A program made the translations under genes and the position numbers. Positions 42,429 to 56,300 of a stretch of 64,000 nucleotides of DNA are shown here, in pieces. A model generated the notes under the pieces. The model had not been told where the DNA came from. It saw nothing but the letters and a program-made list of their open reading frames with translations, and searched no databases. The stretch comes from the human T2T-CHM13v2.0 reference genome, Homo sapiens: NCBI RefSeq assembly GCF_009914755.1, contig NC_060927.1. One strand, given 5' to 3'. How positions within the stretch are numbered: the first letter of the stretch is position 1; every line of letters starts with the position of its first letter.

Positions 42429-43724
42429 ATCACAATGAGAATAATTTTAATTTTGTGTTTCAAATCATATAAATAATAATTGAGGCAATAAAAATAATTT
42501 AAATCAAACAATTTTAAATTATGAAAAAGCCTATTATATGCAATAAAAGACAGTAAAAATGTACAGTCCTATCACTTTCAGATAACTGTGGTGGTCATCC
42601 TTTTATGCCCATTTATATTCATACACACATAAAATATTACATAAATTAGTTCATATCCTATATACTGTTTTGTCATGAATGTTCATGTTTTTTTTCTTAC
42701 CTTCCCTTTTCTTCCCTTCTTTTCCCCTCAAACTTCTCCTATGCCCAGTAACCAACCTGTTGAACACTCTTGTATCTTTCTCTGAGCCTATGTAATCATA
42801 TACAAACAGATGCACATTTCATATCAATGTACCACAGATTTTTGACCACCTATTTATTGATGGATATGTATTTTGTTTTCAGTTTTTTCGCACAATAATC
42901 AATGTTGCAATAATGTGGTGTTTTACATTTTGTGAGACAAATTTCTAGCAGTGGGATTGTTAGTGTGAATGCATATGTGTATTTTTCATTTTAATATGCT
43001 GCACTTAAGCATCAAAATATTCCTTTAAATTATTTGTAAGATGTTTTATGGACCATGGTAATGGCTTTACTAGTTTATTTGGTTGGGATGGATTAAAATC
43101 TAGGTAAATCCCAATTATTTACTTATTTTTAATATGCTAATATAATGAGGAATCACTGCATCTTCATCCAAATCCAGGGATGTGTCACATTAAATTATCT
43201 AGGGTCAGGATTATTGTAAACATGGATTGCTCTTATTATTGGGTAAACTTGACTTTATTTGAGATACATAGAAAAAAGAAGTCTGGAAAATAAACCGGAT
43301 GGCCTTTTAAAAATGGAGAAAAGACTCTAGTCCTAGAGAGAGAAGGGCCATGCTAATAACTGAGATAAGTGCTTGAAGTTAATAATGATTCTAAAATTGC
43401 TGATCTGCTTAACTCATTTGAAAAATCTGCCTCTAATAAGGAAAAATGAAGAAAATGAATTTGGACAATTAGGAAGTAATGAAGAGCTTTCTAAAATAGC
43501 TATTGATTAAAGGAATCAAAAGAAATACTTTGAAGATTTGAACACATGCAAATCAGGCTAGATGGCTGGTGGTGAAATTTTCTTTTTTATTTTTACGGAT
43601 CCAGGCAGAACAACGTGGAGCTTCATTAACTGGTTAATATCACACACAAAGTCACACCTCTTCTCATCACTTATTCAGTTTTCCTTTTCTCTCTTCAGAA
43701 GTCAAGTTAAATAATAATGTGCCT

Positions 43725-44039
<315 letters not shown>

Positions 44040-44448
44040 CTAAGACTCTGAGGTCTTGTTTCTTTTTTTCTTTTATTCTTTATTGTAATTTTTTATTCAT
44101 CTATTCAATCTTCCTATTAGTCTTCCAATTAGTTATTAAATATTTATATACCAGGCTGTGTGCTAGGTACTTCAGAGACCAAAACAAATAAGGTATCCTT
44201 AATGTAGTGGGAAATAGAGAGCAGGAAACCAGTGATTATGATATAGCCCACAAATAGTATGATGGAGAGAGTTCATCTATGTCGTATTGGGAGGTGATAG
44301 AAGGTTTCTCAAAAGATTTGAAAATACAAACTACAAGTAATTCCTAAACATGAGCAGAACAAGAATATGAAATTGGTAAGAGAGAATGGTATATTGCCCA
44401 GAGACATAAAATAGCTCATCCAGTTCAAGGAATAATAACAATAATACT

Positions 44449-44742
<294 letters not shown>

Positions 44743-45004
44743 ATAACACTAATAATACTAGTAGTAGTTCTCTTGACTGCACTAGGAGATTCATGTGGGG
44801 CTTGACAAAAAAAAAAAATAATAAAAATAGAACTTTTTTAAAGTCCAAGGCCAGCAATTCCTTAGCCTTTCTTGGTCCAGCCAGACCAGCTATTTCAGAA
44901 CATTATGCAGAGGTGCCTGAGGGATTCTGCAAGGACTTTCCTTCCCTAAGTCCAGTTCTCTGAACAGGAAGTCCTGCAGTTGGAGTATCTTGAGCATTCA
45001 ACAG

Positions 45005-45360
45005 TGTATTTGTTCATTCTCATGCTGCTGTGAAGAAATACCCGAAACCGGGTAATTTAAAAAGAAAAGAGGTTTAATTGACTCACAACTCCGCATGGCT
45101 GGGAGGCTTCAGGAAACTTACAATCATGGCAGAAGGCACTTCTTCACAGAGCAGCAGGAGAGAAAATGAGTGCTGAGTGAAGGGGAAGCCCCTTATGGAA
45201 CCATCAGATCTTCTGAGAACTCACTCACTATCACGAGAACAACATGGCAGAAACCGCCCCCCATGATTCAATTATCTCCACCTGATCCTGCCCTTGACAC
45301 ATGGGGATTATTACAATTCAAGGTGAGATTTGGGTGAGGACATAGAGCTAAACCACACCA
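45005..45360 (-). mobile_element. THE1 (C/D-like) solo LTR with 5-bp TSD aacag
   Basis: tgtatt...aaagaaaagaggtttaattgactcaca...ggtgagatttgggtg...aaaccacacca. aacag at 45000-45004 and 45361-45365. Confidence 0.92.
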
Positions 45361-46210
45361 AACAGTACTGTTTGGTACTCTACTCTTATGCCTATGGCAG
45401 AGTCCCCAAATGTCTCTGTTACTTCAAAGCGTGATACTTATGTACATTAAAAATGGGATATTGCTGGAATGCTGTCTGATGACATGAAAAGTCCTCAGGA
45501 GTTCTGGGGTTGAGTTCGGGTCTCACCAATGACCACCTGCATTATCTTGGAGAAGTTATTTTATATCCCTAGCTTCAGTATCATCATTTATAAAATAATA
45601 GCTTTAATTTTTCTGAGCACTGACTATGTACCAGATACTATTTTAAATGATTTGCCTGTAATACATTATTGTTACAGCTAGTTTATGTGATGAATATTCT
45701 TACTTGCCCCGCTTTTGTACCCACCCAAGGCATGCAAATTGTTCACAGTCAAACAGCTAGAAAGAAAGGGATCTGGATCCATATCAATATATTCGGGCCC
45801 CAGAGCCTGCAAAGCCATCCATGATGACTTTATAATAATTTCTGACATAATCTTCTGTCTTCCAGATCGTTATTTATGAGGGTTGTATGAGATACCACAT
45901 GTGACTTCTAAGCTAGAAAGCATTATCTAAGCATTGCTTCTTGTTCATTGCAAATTCTCTGAGAATCACAAATGAAGTACAGAAAGTAAGAGAAGAAGGA
46001 CCCCACTGCTGCTTTGTTTCCCACTGTGTGGGAAATCTGAACAAACCTTGAGTTTTGGGTCACAAGTATGACTTTGAGCCAACCAGTAGGTTCTAGTCAA
46101 GGAATCTAGTAGGCTTTCTGCAGGATCCATCTGTTCTGTGCAGAAAGAATGTTTGGTCAAAGGATCTTCTTAAAATGACATGTCTCCAAGAGCACTGTTA
46201 ATTTGGGATG

Positions 46211-46660
46211 TGTTATGGGTTGAGTCCTGTTCCCCCAAAATTCATATGTTGAAGTCCTAACCCCCAGTACCTCAGAATGTGACCTCATTTGGAAACAGAG
46301 TTGTGGAAGATATAATTACTTAAGATGAGGTTGTACTGGAGTAGGGTGGGCCCTGAATCCAGTATGACTGGTCTCCTTATAAGGAGGGAAAATTTGGATA
46401 CAGAGGCATGCCGACAGCGAGAATGCCATGAGAAGATGAAGGCACAGATCAGGATGATGCAGCCGCAAACCAAGGAATGCCAAAGATTGCCATCAAACCA
46501 CCAGAAGCTAGGTGATAGGAATGGAAAATTTTCCCTCATAGTGCTCAGAAAGGACCAACCATGCTGACACCTTGATTTTAGACTTCTAGCCTTCAGAACT
46601 GTGAGACAGTATATTTCTGTTGCTTAACCCACTCGCTTTATGGTAATTTGTTATGGCAAA
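46211..46660 (+). mobile_element. MLT1 (C-like) MaLR LTR
   Basis: tgttatgggttga...cccccaaaattcatatgttgaagtcctaacccccagtacctcagaatgtgac...cagaactgtgagaca. Confidence 0.88.
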
Positions 46661-46943
46661 CAGATATAGGATGTTGAGAAAACATATTCTCCTTATTCGC
46701 AGCTTCATTTCAGCAGTTGGCCTATTGAAACAATGAAAATGGGAAGAAAATGGCAGGGGGTTTATAAAGAGCAAATTATGCTAAGAAAACTTGATGGCTT
46801 ACTTTAATTGAATTATAATATTAGTGTGAGAAGGAGAGTTAATTTAGAAAAAATGCAAAAATCATTAATTGAACAAGCTTATGAATCTGCAATCCTAAAT
46901 GAGCGTTACTAGGAGATACTATGAAGTGAAATGCAGCTTTTAA

Positions 46944-47837
<894 letters not shown>

Positions 47838-48389
47838 TATCATCTAGATATATTGATATATGTTCTTAGCGTGAGCTGACAGTGTTAAATCCAGTGTTAC
47901 TTTGTTCATCACATAAGGATGCATTGGATTAGAGCTCCTATCAGGGTTGTAGCAAGTCTATAATAAGGCAACTATATTCTGCTTTATGTAACTTGACAGA
48001 AAGTATGGCAGATTGATGGGAATTGGAGCAAACATAAAAAAGGGATGGATAGACTGTTTATGAGGAAGTGGAGTAGTAACTATCTGACATCTTCCTGTGT
48101 GCCCAGTAAAGGAGCATCCTGTCATTTAGAATCTACGCAGAAGATTTACTTCCCTGACATTGATTTGAAAATAGAAGCTTTGGAAGTGTTTTTACTAACA
48201 CACTCTTTTAGGTATACTTTGCATGGCCAGTGTTAGCACCATGAGAAGTAGTTTAAAAAAGACTTCATGAGAATTCCCTGATATTGCAAATATGATAACT
48301 TTAGAGAATGACCTAGCACTATCCAGGGTAATTTGATTCTACACAGTATAATGGGTGGTGAACTAGAACATGTTTAATGTGGATGATAG

Positions 48390-48650
48390 TGACACTAGTA
48401 GCTAACTCATAAATCATGCTTTCTACATGCTAAGTACTGTCCTAAGCGCTTTACACGTTGGCTTATTTAATATTTAGAACAACCCATAATGTAAGTGCTG
48501 TTAATAGTCTTCTTTTACAGATGACATGCTGAGGTGAAGAGAAGTTAAGTAACTTATCTGAGATCATACAGGTGGCAAATGATGAAGCCAAGGTGTGAAG
48601 TCAGGCAATCTGGCTCCCAAGTTCATCCTTGCAACCACTGTGCAATGCTG
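48390..48650 (-). mobile_element. MIR (MIRb-like)
   Basis: tactgtcctaagcgctttaca...ttttacagatgac...gaggtgaagagaagttaagtaactt...aggcaatctggctcc. Confidence 0.8.
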
Positions 48651-49221
48651 TTTCATTAACATGGAAGAACGTGTTTGTTATGAAAAACAAAACTGATATC
48701 ATTTCTCTGAAAGGGATATAAGAGATTTTATACTTTATTTTTAGTGTTTGAACCCAGTCAGTATTCTTAGGAAACAGTATTCCTGTAGAAAGTATGAGCT
48801 AAATGATTATCTTCATTTAAACTTTTGCTCATTATACATACACATCATTGAGTGATTATTTAGGACCTGTGTAAGGTGTACCTAACTCCAGTATTGAAAA
48901 GCCTAAATTCCCGTTATGGGGACAGGAAAACAAATTGTAAAGTGATGAATGGCATTTCAGGAATACATTCAGCTTGACACAGGAACGAGGTCGTGGTGGG
49001 GAACGGGACTTGCCAAGTTGTGGCTCATATAGCTGGATGTTAATATTATGACACACATTATTGCCATGCCAAATAGTTTGGATCTCAACTCCTTGTATGT
49101 GTAATGCCACTGAAGATTTTAAGTATATTTTAAAGATGTAGCTGTAATAGAATAGAAAGGGGATGAAGTCCCAAAGGAAAAGAAAATGTTATATAATTCA
49201 AATGGCCAAATCTAGCATGTA

Positions 49222-49300
49222 TAGTAGTCACTCCTTATTCAAGGGGGATACATTCCAAGACCCTCAGTGGGTGCCTGAAACCACCGATAGTACTGAACCC

Positions 49301-49343
<43 letters not shown>

Positions 49344-50126
49344 TATGTTTTTTCCTATAAATGATGCATACCTAGGATAAAGTTTAATTTATAAATTAGG
49401 TACAGTAAGAGATTAAAAATAACATATTAAAATACAACAATTAATATACCAGAATAAAAGTTATGTGATTGTGGTCTCTGTTTCTAAATATCTCTGAAAG
49501 ATATTTGGGATTAAATATTATACTGCACTTACCCTTTCACTTCCTGCGATGATGTAAAATGATAAAATGCTTATGTGCTAAGATGAAGTGAGATGAATGA
49601 CTGTGGCCTTAGCTTTTGCAGTTAGAGGTGCAAGAACAAAACTAGCACAAATTTCTTCTTCCTTCTTCCTAGTTTCACAGAAGATTCATTCTTACTGTAG
49701 ATCTTAGCAACCTCGGTATATGATTTTTCTTTCTTTCCTTAAGTCAAAAAATCTCACCTTTTACTTAGATGAAGCACTTTATGATGTCACTTCAGCATAT
49801 TTAAATTGCCAGCATCACTACTCTTGCACCTTGGGGACATTATTAAGTAAAAGAAGGGTTACTTGAACACAAGCACTGAGATACCATGACAGAAGATCTG
49901 TTAGGAGAGATGCCTATTAAGTGACCAATGGACAGGTAGTAAATATCGTGTGGATACACTGGATGATTCCTGTCTCAAGCAGAATGAAGAGGACTGGCAT
50001 GTGATTTCATCATGCTACTCAGAATGCTGTGTAATTTAAAATTTATAAATTGTTTATTTTTGGAATTTTCCATTTAATATTTTCAGACCTCAGTTGACTG
50101 CGGGTAACTGAAACCTCAGAAAGTGC
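49222..50126 (+). mobile_element. MER44/Tigger7 DNA transposon
   Basis: agtagtcactccttattc...ggatacattccaagaccc...gatagtactgaaccc at the start and gttgactgcgggtaactgaaacc at the end. Confidence 0.85.
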
Positions 50127-51209
50127 AATGTTGTTGCTTGCAGCCAACAGTTTTTCTTTTCTTGCTTGTTTTTTTGGTGTTCAAAAATCAAACTTCTCCT
50201 GTTCTATGAGGTACAAAATAAGATTTTAAAATACCCTTTTTAGTTTGTCAACTGCAAATTTAAATCTCATTTTCTCTTAAAGGAACTTGATAAAAAGTTT
50301 GAAATGAAATTCTGAGTAAGAAAGGTAATGTGCTTTTACTGCAGAAGCCAATATTCTGCACTTGCTATTTCTTGTAATAATATATCTTCCTTGCCATTTG
50401 AATTTGAAGTATATGATACCTGTGTGCACTTGTGTGCTTGTGCAATTTTACTCATTCTTATTTATTTCTGGGTATTGTGCACCAGAAATACACTAACAAT
50501 ATTACCAACAACAAAGACCATTGTGATTTATCACTTGGTTTGGTAGGGGTAATTTCACTTATTAGTTATTTTTGTAACTAAATTCCTTATTTTTTCATAA
50601 AAGCCTACTAATAATGGTTGTAGCTATAATGGAACATTCTACTATTCTCTATTGGAGTTTAGGCTAGTCAATGTTAGAAACTACGAACATGATAATCAAT
50701 CATTAAAATTCCCTTAAGTGATTAGAGTATTTTATGTTGGGTAAAGAAGATGAAACTTGCTCCCAAAGTTCTCTGCTCTCAGGTCAGTCTGGTGAGTCTG
50801 GCATTTGAAGGGTAGAGGTAGAAGATAGGAGGAAGCAGCTGATGGGCCTGCCACCAATGGGTTATTTTTCAGATAGGAGGGTCCTAGGAACCCAGATAAC
50901 CTGGTCAGACTTTTTTGAGGGTAATTTAATAATACACTTCCTGAGAGAGGCAAATTAGAAGAACAGAGAAGACAAAGCCAAAAATTGAATCCTACATAAG
51001 ACAAAGGGAGGAGAGTAGTGACAGTCAAGAGAATAGAGAAACTCAAAAGATATTAAAGGTACAAATGTAGCTGCACAGGTTAGGATCTCGGTCTCAACAG
51101 GAGCTGGACACTCTATTGGTCAAGAACAGTAAAAAGTTGGATGTGCAGGACATGATGCATTATTATTATATATTTTTGAACATGAATAATCTGCTCTAAT
51201 GTACTATAT

Positions 51210-51500
51210 TTCTCAAAATTTATTCTCTGGATCGCTGCTTCCGTTGTATTTTAAGAAGTGTTACATGAAGTAAAGTTTTTGTGTTCAAATAAGTTTGGAA
51301 AATGCTTTGTTAAGTAACCTAACATACTATTCATTCTTGTAAGGACTTTCCAGAGTCTTTAATATGCTAATGTATATTTTTACTCCCATAGAAGGGCATA
51401 TAGATTTCTGTGTATTCAAACCCATTTGACTCTGTAGCCTTTCTAATGGGGATATCTTGAGTATTATTATTTCATATAGGACCAACATGCTCTGGAGAAT
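51210..51500. mobile_element. MER103C-like hAT element
   Basis: caaataagtttggaaaatgct...ggactttccagagtctttaatatgctaatgt motifs. Confidence 0.6.
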
Positions 51501-52640
51501 ACACACACACACACACACACCTATACATATTATATGTAATATACACATTATATATCATAGCTCTTAAATTATTATATGCATATATAATTATAAATTTTTT
51601 TCAAAATGCTCAACTAATAGTAACATATATGTATAGTAGTTAAAAAAAAAACATTTAACAAGGTGCTTTCCTGTATGTTACCTCATTTAAGCTCACACCC
51701 ACTCTGTGAGGGAGCTCATATTCTCAAATTAGAGATGAGGTAACAGAGACCCAGAAAGCTTAATTGATTTGGCCAAGTCACAGCTTGTGAGTAGCTGAGC
51801 CAAGACTTCAACTAAGATCTTTAACTCTAATGATTTATGGTTTTGTCCCACAGCTACCTAGGGATAAACAGGGCTTGCAATGGGCCCTTCCTTGCCTTTT
51901 TAAAAAAATTTTATTTTATTTACCATCCTGTGCACTGTTCTGGCTGAGAAACAGAGGAAGCAGAGTGGAGTTGGGGATGCCTTTCTCATCTTTCTCCATT
52001 TGTGTTCTCATACAGTTTTCATAATTCATATTTTTGTTCTTCCTTCCCTTCACCAATAAAACTTTACTTCCATCACTTTTCCCAATAAGCAACTTCAAAC
52101 TAAAGCATTCATAGATACTACTGGTTGAACATATTTGCGTTTTAATGGGGGCCTCTGAAAACACAAAACTTTACCTGCATGGTGACAGAGCTCTGGCAGT
52201 CATCAGGAGGGAGATCCTGCTGGGTAGGGGAGCTTTAGGAATCTCTCTACATGTGGTGTGCAGGCTGCTGTTCATGTTGTTTCTATCTTGAGGCTCAGAA
52301 CTGGCTGTGTCTGTCCCCTCCCAGGCAGGTGCTAGAGGTTGGTGGCAGTCCATTCCTTTGTAATTGCCAGTCAACCTGAGAGCTCCTGCTGTATTTGCCC
52401 CAAGGACATAATGCCAAGGTCTGGATCTCTGACCAAGCATCTTTCTGCATTTCATACTCATCATCACTCCTTCCTTTGCCCCCACACATATCCTCCTATA
52501 AACTAGCTTTCTTAACATCCGTTTTATTAAATAGGTCTCCTTTGACCTTCCAAATTCCTAAGGCCATAGTTACAATCATAACAAGTGTGTTTACCATTAA
52601 GATAAGCATCCTAAATAAAAGTCTTAAGAGAAAATGAAGG

Positions 52641-53306
52641 TGTGCAGTAGAATTTAACTTTACTCCAAAATAGTTCTCTTTGACCTAGATTCTAGGAAGT
52701 AATCTCTAAGCCTTTGGACATCATACCTGATAAGAGCATCTTTGTTTGCCTGGAGACATTAGATCAACAGATATTCTAATAATATTATTTGTGGTGGGGG
52801 CTCGACACACACTTATAGTCTTATATTGGGTCTTGCTATGCCAGAAAGACCAACACTGTGATTGAGGGTAGGGCTTTGGCTCATGCCCTGATTGCCAGAA
52901 ATGGAGACTGAAATAAACCACATCAATAGTCAATCAATCATGCGTATGTAATGGAGCCTCAGCAAAAACTCAACAATAGAGTTTGGGTAAAGTTTGCTGG
53001 TTGGCAATAGTCTATGCATACTGTCACATATTGTTACCAAAAAAGTAATGCATTCTGTCTCCATGGGACAGACGGACAGGATGATGGAAGTTCCACTTTT
53101 GGTAGTTGCTGTATTCTACCCTATGCACTTCTTCCCTTGGAGGATTTTAATATGACCTTTTAGTGAGTTCTATGAGTCTGTCTAGCAAATTATTGAAATT
53201 GAGGGCTGTTTTGGGAATGCCCAATCTTGCAGTTGGTGTCAGAAGTGAGGGTTGTCTCTTTTGGGAACTCTTCCCTCTAATTTCTCAGTTGATCCAAACT
53301 CTCACA
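52641..53306 (+). mobile_element. MER77/MER68-like ERVL LTR
   Basis: tgtgcag start, gtaatctctaagcc...cctgataagagcatctttgtttgcctgg, caatcatgcgtatgtaatggagcc and gcagttggtgtcagaagtgaggg. Confidence 0.7.
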
Positions 53307-56300
53307 GAATGAAAGTCCCTACACGTTTTTCTTCTCCTTCAAGATTAAAGTGCTTTGAGTCTCTGTTTTGTTTCCTTGTGAGTATGGAACGCAGAGAAAA
53401 TTAAGTAGCACTCTGTGGCTGATCACCTGTTCAGGATGATACTAGATGAGGGCTTTCCTCATTATTGGTGAAGAACAACAGTGTCTGGACTGCCTCAATA
53501 GTTTGAAAGTAATGGCTTAACACACCCATTTATTGAATCCGATGGCAAACCACAGAAGACAAGCAAAAAACATTGTTATTATAATCTGTTATTGCTGAAG
53601 AACACTGGAGATAGGGGGGTGTGGGGGAGTAGGAGAATAAAGCACATGAGATCTGAAGTTTTAAGATCCTGCCTGCATCTTGAGTGAACATTTGTTGAAG
53701 TCATTGTAATGGTTTAAAAATGGTTCTCAGACTATATGCTAAAGAATATTTAACAACTGGAAATGTAGTTATGTAACTTAACTAAAGGCTATTTTTTTAC
53801 ATTTTGACAGAAAAGATGATATGTTTTGTTCTGTTGCAAGTTCTAGTGACCCCTGCTTAGCTTTCATTTATCACAAGTAATCTTCTCCCGGATACTGCAA
53901 TTGCTGCAATGTTGAGATGCTTATATTACATCAACCTTGGAGAGGGGTCAAAATAAATCTGTGAATTAAGCAAGAATACATTACAGCTGGCTGAAAAGTG
54001 TGTCAAGAATACCCTGAAGAGAAAAATAAAACTATTTTTTCCCTGTGTACAAGTTGTTGTGGCTCCTTGTCTATCTACTTGGAGTTTAGTAAAGAAATTC
54101 TGTTCTTCATCTTAATTCTAATGTGGGTAAGTAGAGTAGATAAAGCATATGGTTGCAGCTGCTCTGGAGTTACTTGCATATACTAAGGAAGGACTACTCA
54201 GATAAAGCATCGGCTGTGATAATCTCCATTTACACAGAAACAAAAACATACAACGAAAACCTCAGATAGCTTGACTACATAAATATATGATTGGCAGTGG
54301 GTTCGAGAGAATTCTGAACATCAGGTAAACCCAATGGTGACTTCATTGTTAATTTAGGGAATTATGGATAAATGTGGATGGCACCTATAGAGAAAGTCAT
54401 GTTGCAAAAGGATACAAGAAAAGGAATGAGCAAGATGGACATTAAAATTGAAAGGAAGCAAATCACGCAGAGAGTTTATATTCAAGGAAATGAATAGAAA
54501 TAAAAACTAAGACAAAATGTGCCAATATAAGAAATATAAAAGTTGATATATTTGTCATATCTTGAAAAATGTGATTCAAAGTCTCTGTTTTGATATTTTT
54601 CTCATTTAGATAGTTTTATTTTATGACTATGGACAATTAAAGAAGGATGAAGTATTTTCTGTGAGTAATTTCTCAATAGTTTTTTTATCACAAGCTGTGA
54701 TTAAAATTTTATATATACATTAGGGAAAATACTATACTTTAGGGTGAAGAATCCTTTTTCATGGCTAATTAACAAACAAGAAAAGTTAGTTATGTAACAA
54801 AAAATTAAAGCTGGAAAAATCTAATAGTTTAATAAACATGAAATTATAGGTGATGTTTTGCATGATTCAGAGTCACTTATGTACTAAAAAGGAATGAAGA
54901 AGCCTTTAATGAAGTAGACAAAATAAACTAGGAATGGACTGCTTAGTCACTGACAAGATTATACTTGAACAAAGGGTAGCTCTACTGCTCTTTGAAGATG
55001 CTACATGCTCATTTATTTATACATCAATGCATTCAGTTTATTCATTAATTTAACAAATCATTGTGCCAGACACTTGCCTAGATCTTTTGATCACAAAAGT
55101 GAGGTGCTCTTAATGGTTATAAGAAATTTTCTTGATGGTTAACAGAAATGGTTAAATGCCTTCTGAAGCTTTATTATTTTGTTTGGCATAAGCTAGGAGT
55201 AAATATTTTATTACCTTTTAAAATATTTTGAAGTACTTCTAAAATATTTGTGACCTTAAGGTTATCGTATTTTTCAGAGAATAGGAATATTCTTCAGACA
55301 TTCTGGATCAATTGTGTTTTACTACAAGGGAATAATAAAGATTAAATTCAAGAAAAGTAGTGATGACAGCAAGCAAACAACTTTTCAAAAATCAAGGCAA
55401 GATGGTTCCCATTGTTACTATACTATGGACCCAAAGGTCCATATACTATACTATACTATACCATATACCATACTATACTGTGGACCCAAAAGTCCATTGT
55501 TACTATACTAAAAAATTTTCCTGTTTAAAAAGATATTGTCATGTTTTCCTACCTGTTATGTGGAAATGTAGTGTATCCTATCTTGGCCCTGTTAAGTCCT
55601 GGAAAAAAGTAATCAGGTTGGACAGAAAACAGGCTTCTAAGACATTTCTGTGTTTCAACTGCATGATGGTTCTTCTGGCTGCAGTTTATCTCTTTTGTAA
55701 CATACTGCCTGTGAGAATCATCTGGGGATCAATAAGTGAGACTCAATATTGTGATTTAAAGCAGCCCTTTACATTAAAGGCAGTATTTTGATATCTAACC
55801 ATTAACAACATGACTGCATATGGACCATTTACCTGGTTATAAAACCATTTTTGCTGAGCGAAAAGAAAATGGATGGAATTCAGTTTCGGAGGCTTAATTA
55901 ATGTGGCTACTTCTTCAATTTATTTGTTTATTTATTTATTTATTGGGATGATATTGAGCCCTACTTTATTTGTACCCTTTTTAAACCAAAAAAATAACTT
56001 TCTTCCTAAGGAAGTTGGTTTCTTTTCTTCACTGAAGATGTACAGCCAGATTATGAATGACCACGTGGTAGGAGTGGCTTAAAGGAGGTTGCAATATTAG
56101 AATGAATAGTAGGAAAAAAATAACTTTTAAGACCTCTTCAAAGTCTAAGGGTCTATGATCTCTGGATTGTGATTTTGAGGGCAGGACTGAATCTTAGCAT
56201 CTCCATCTCTAGCCCCTGGCAAGGGACCTAAAACAAACTGAGCTTTAAATATGTGTGTTGAATGAGTGAATTAATGGATTAATCAGAATTTCATTTAACT

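Noticed and set aside
55360-55791. 143-aa ORF, the longest in the track
   Set aside because: It runs through the (TACTA)n duplication, has no domain similarity and has no supporting splice or promoter signals.
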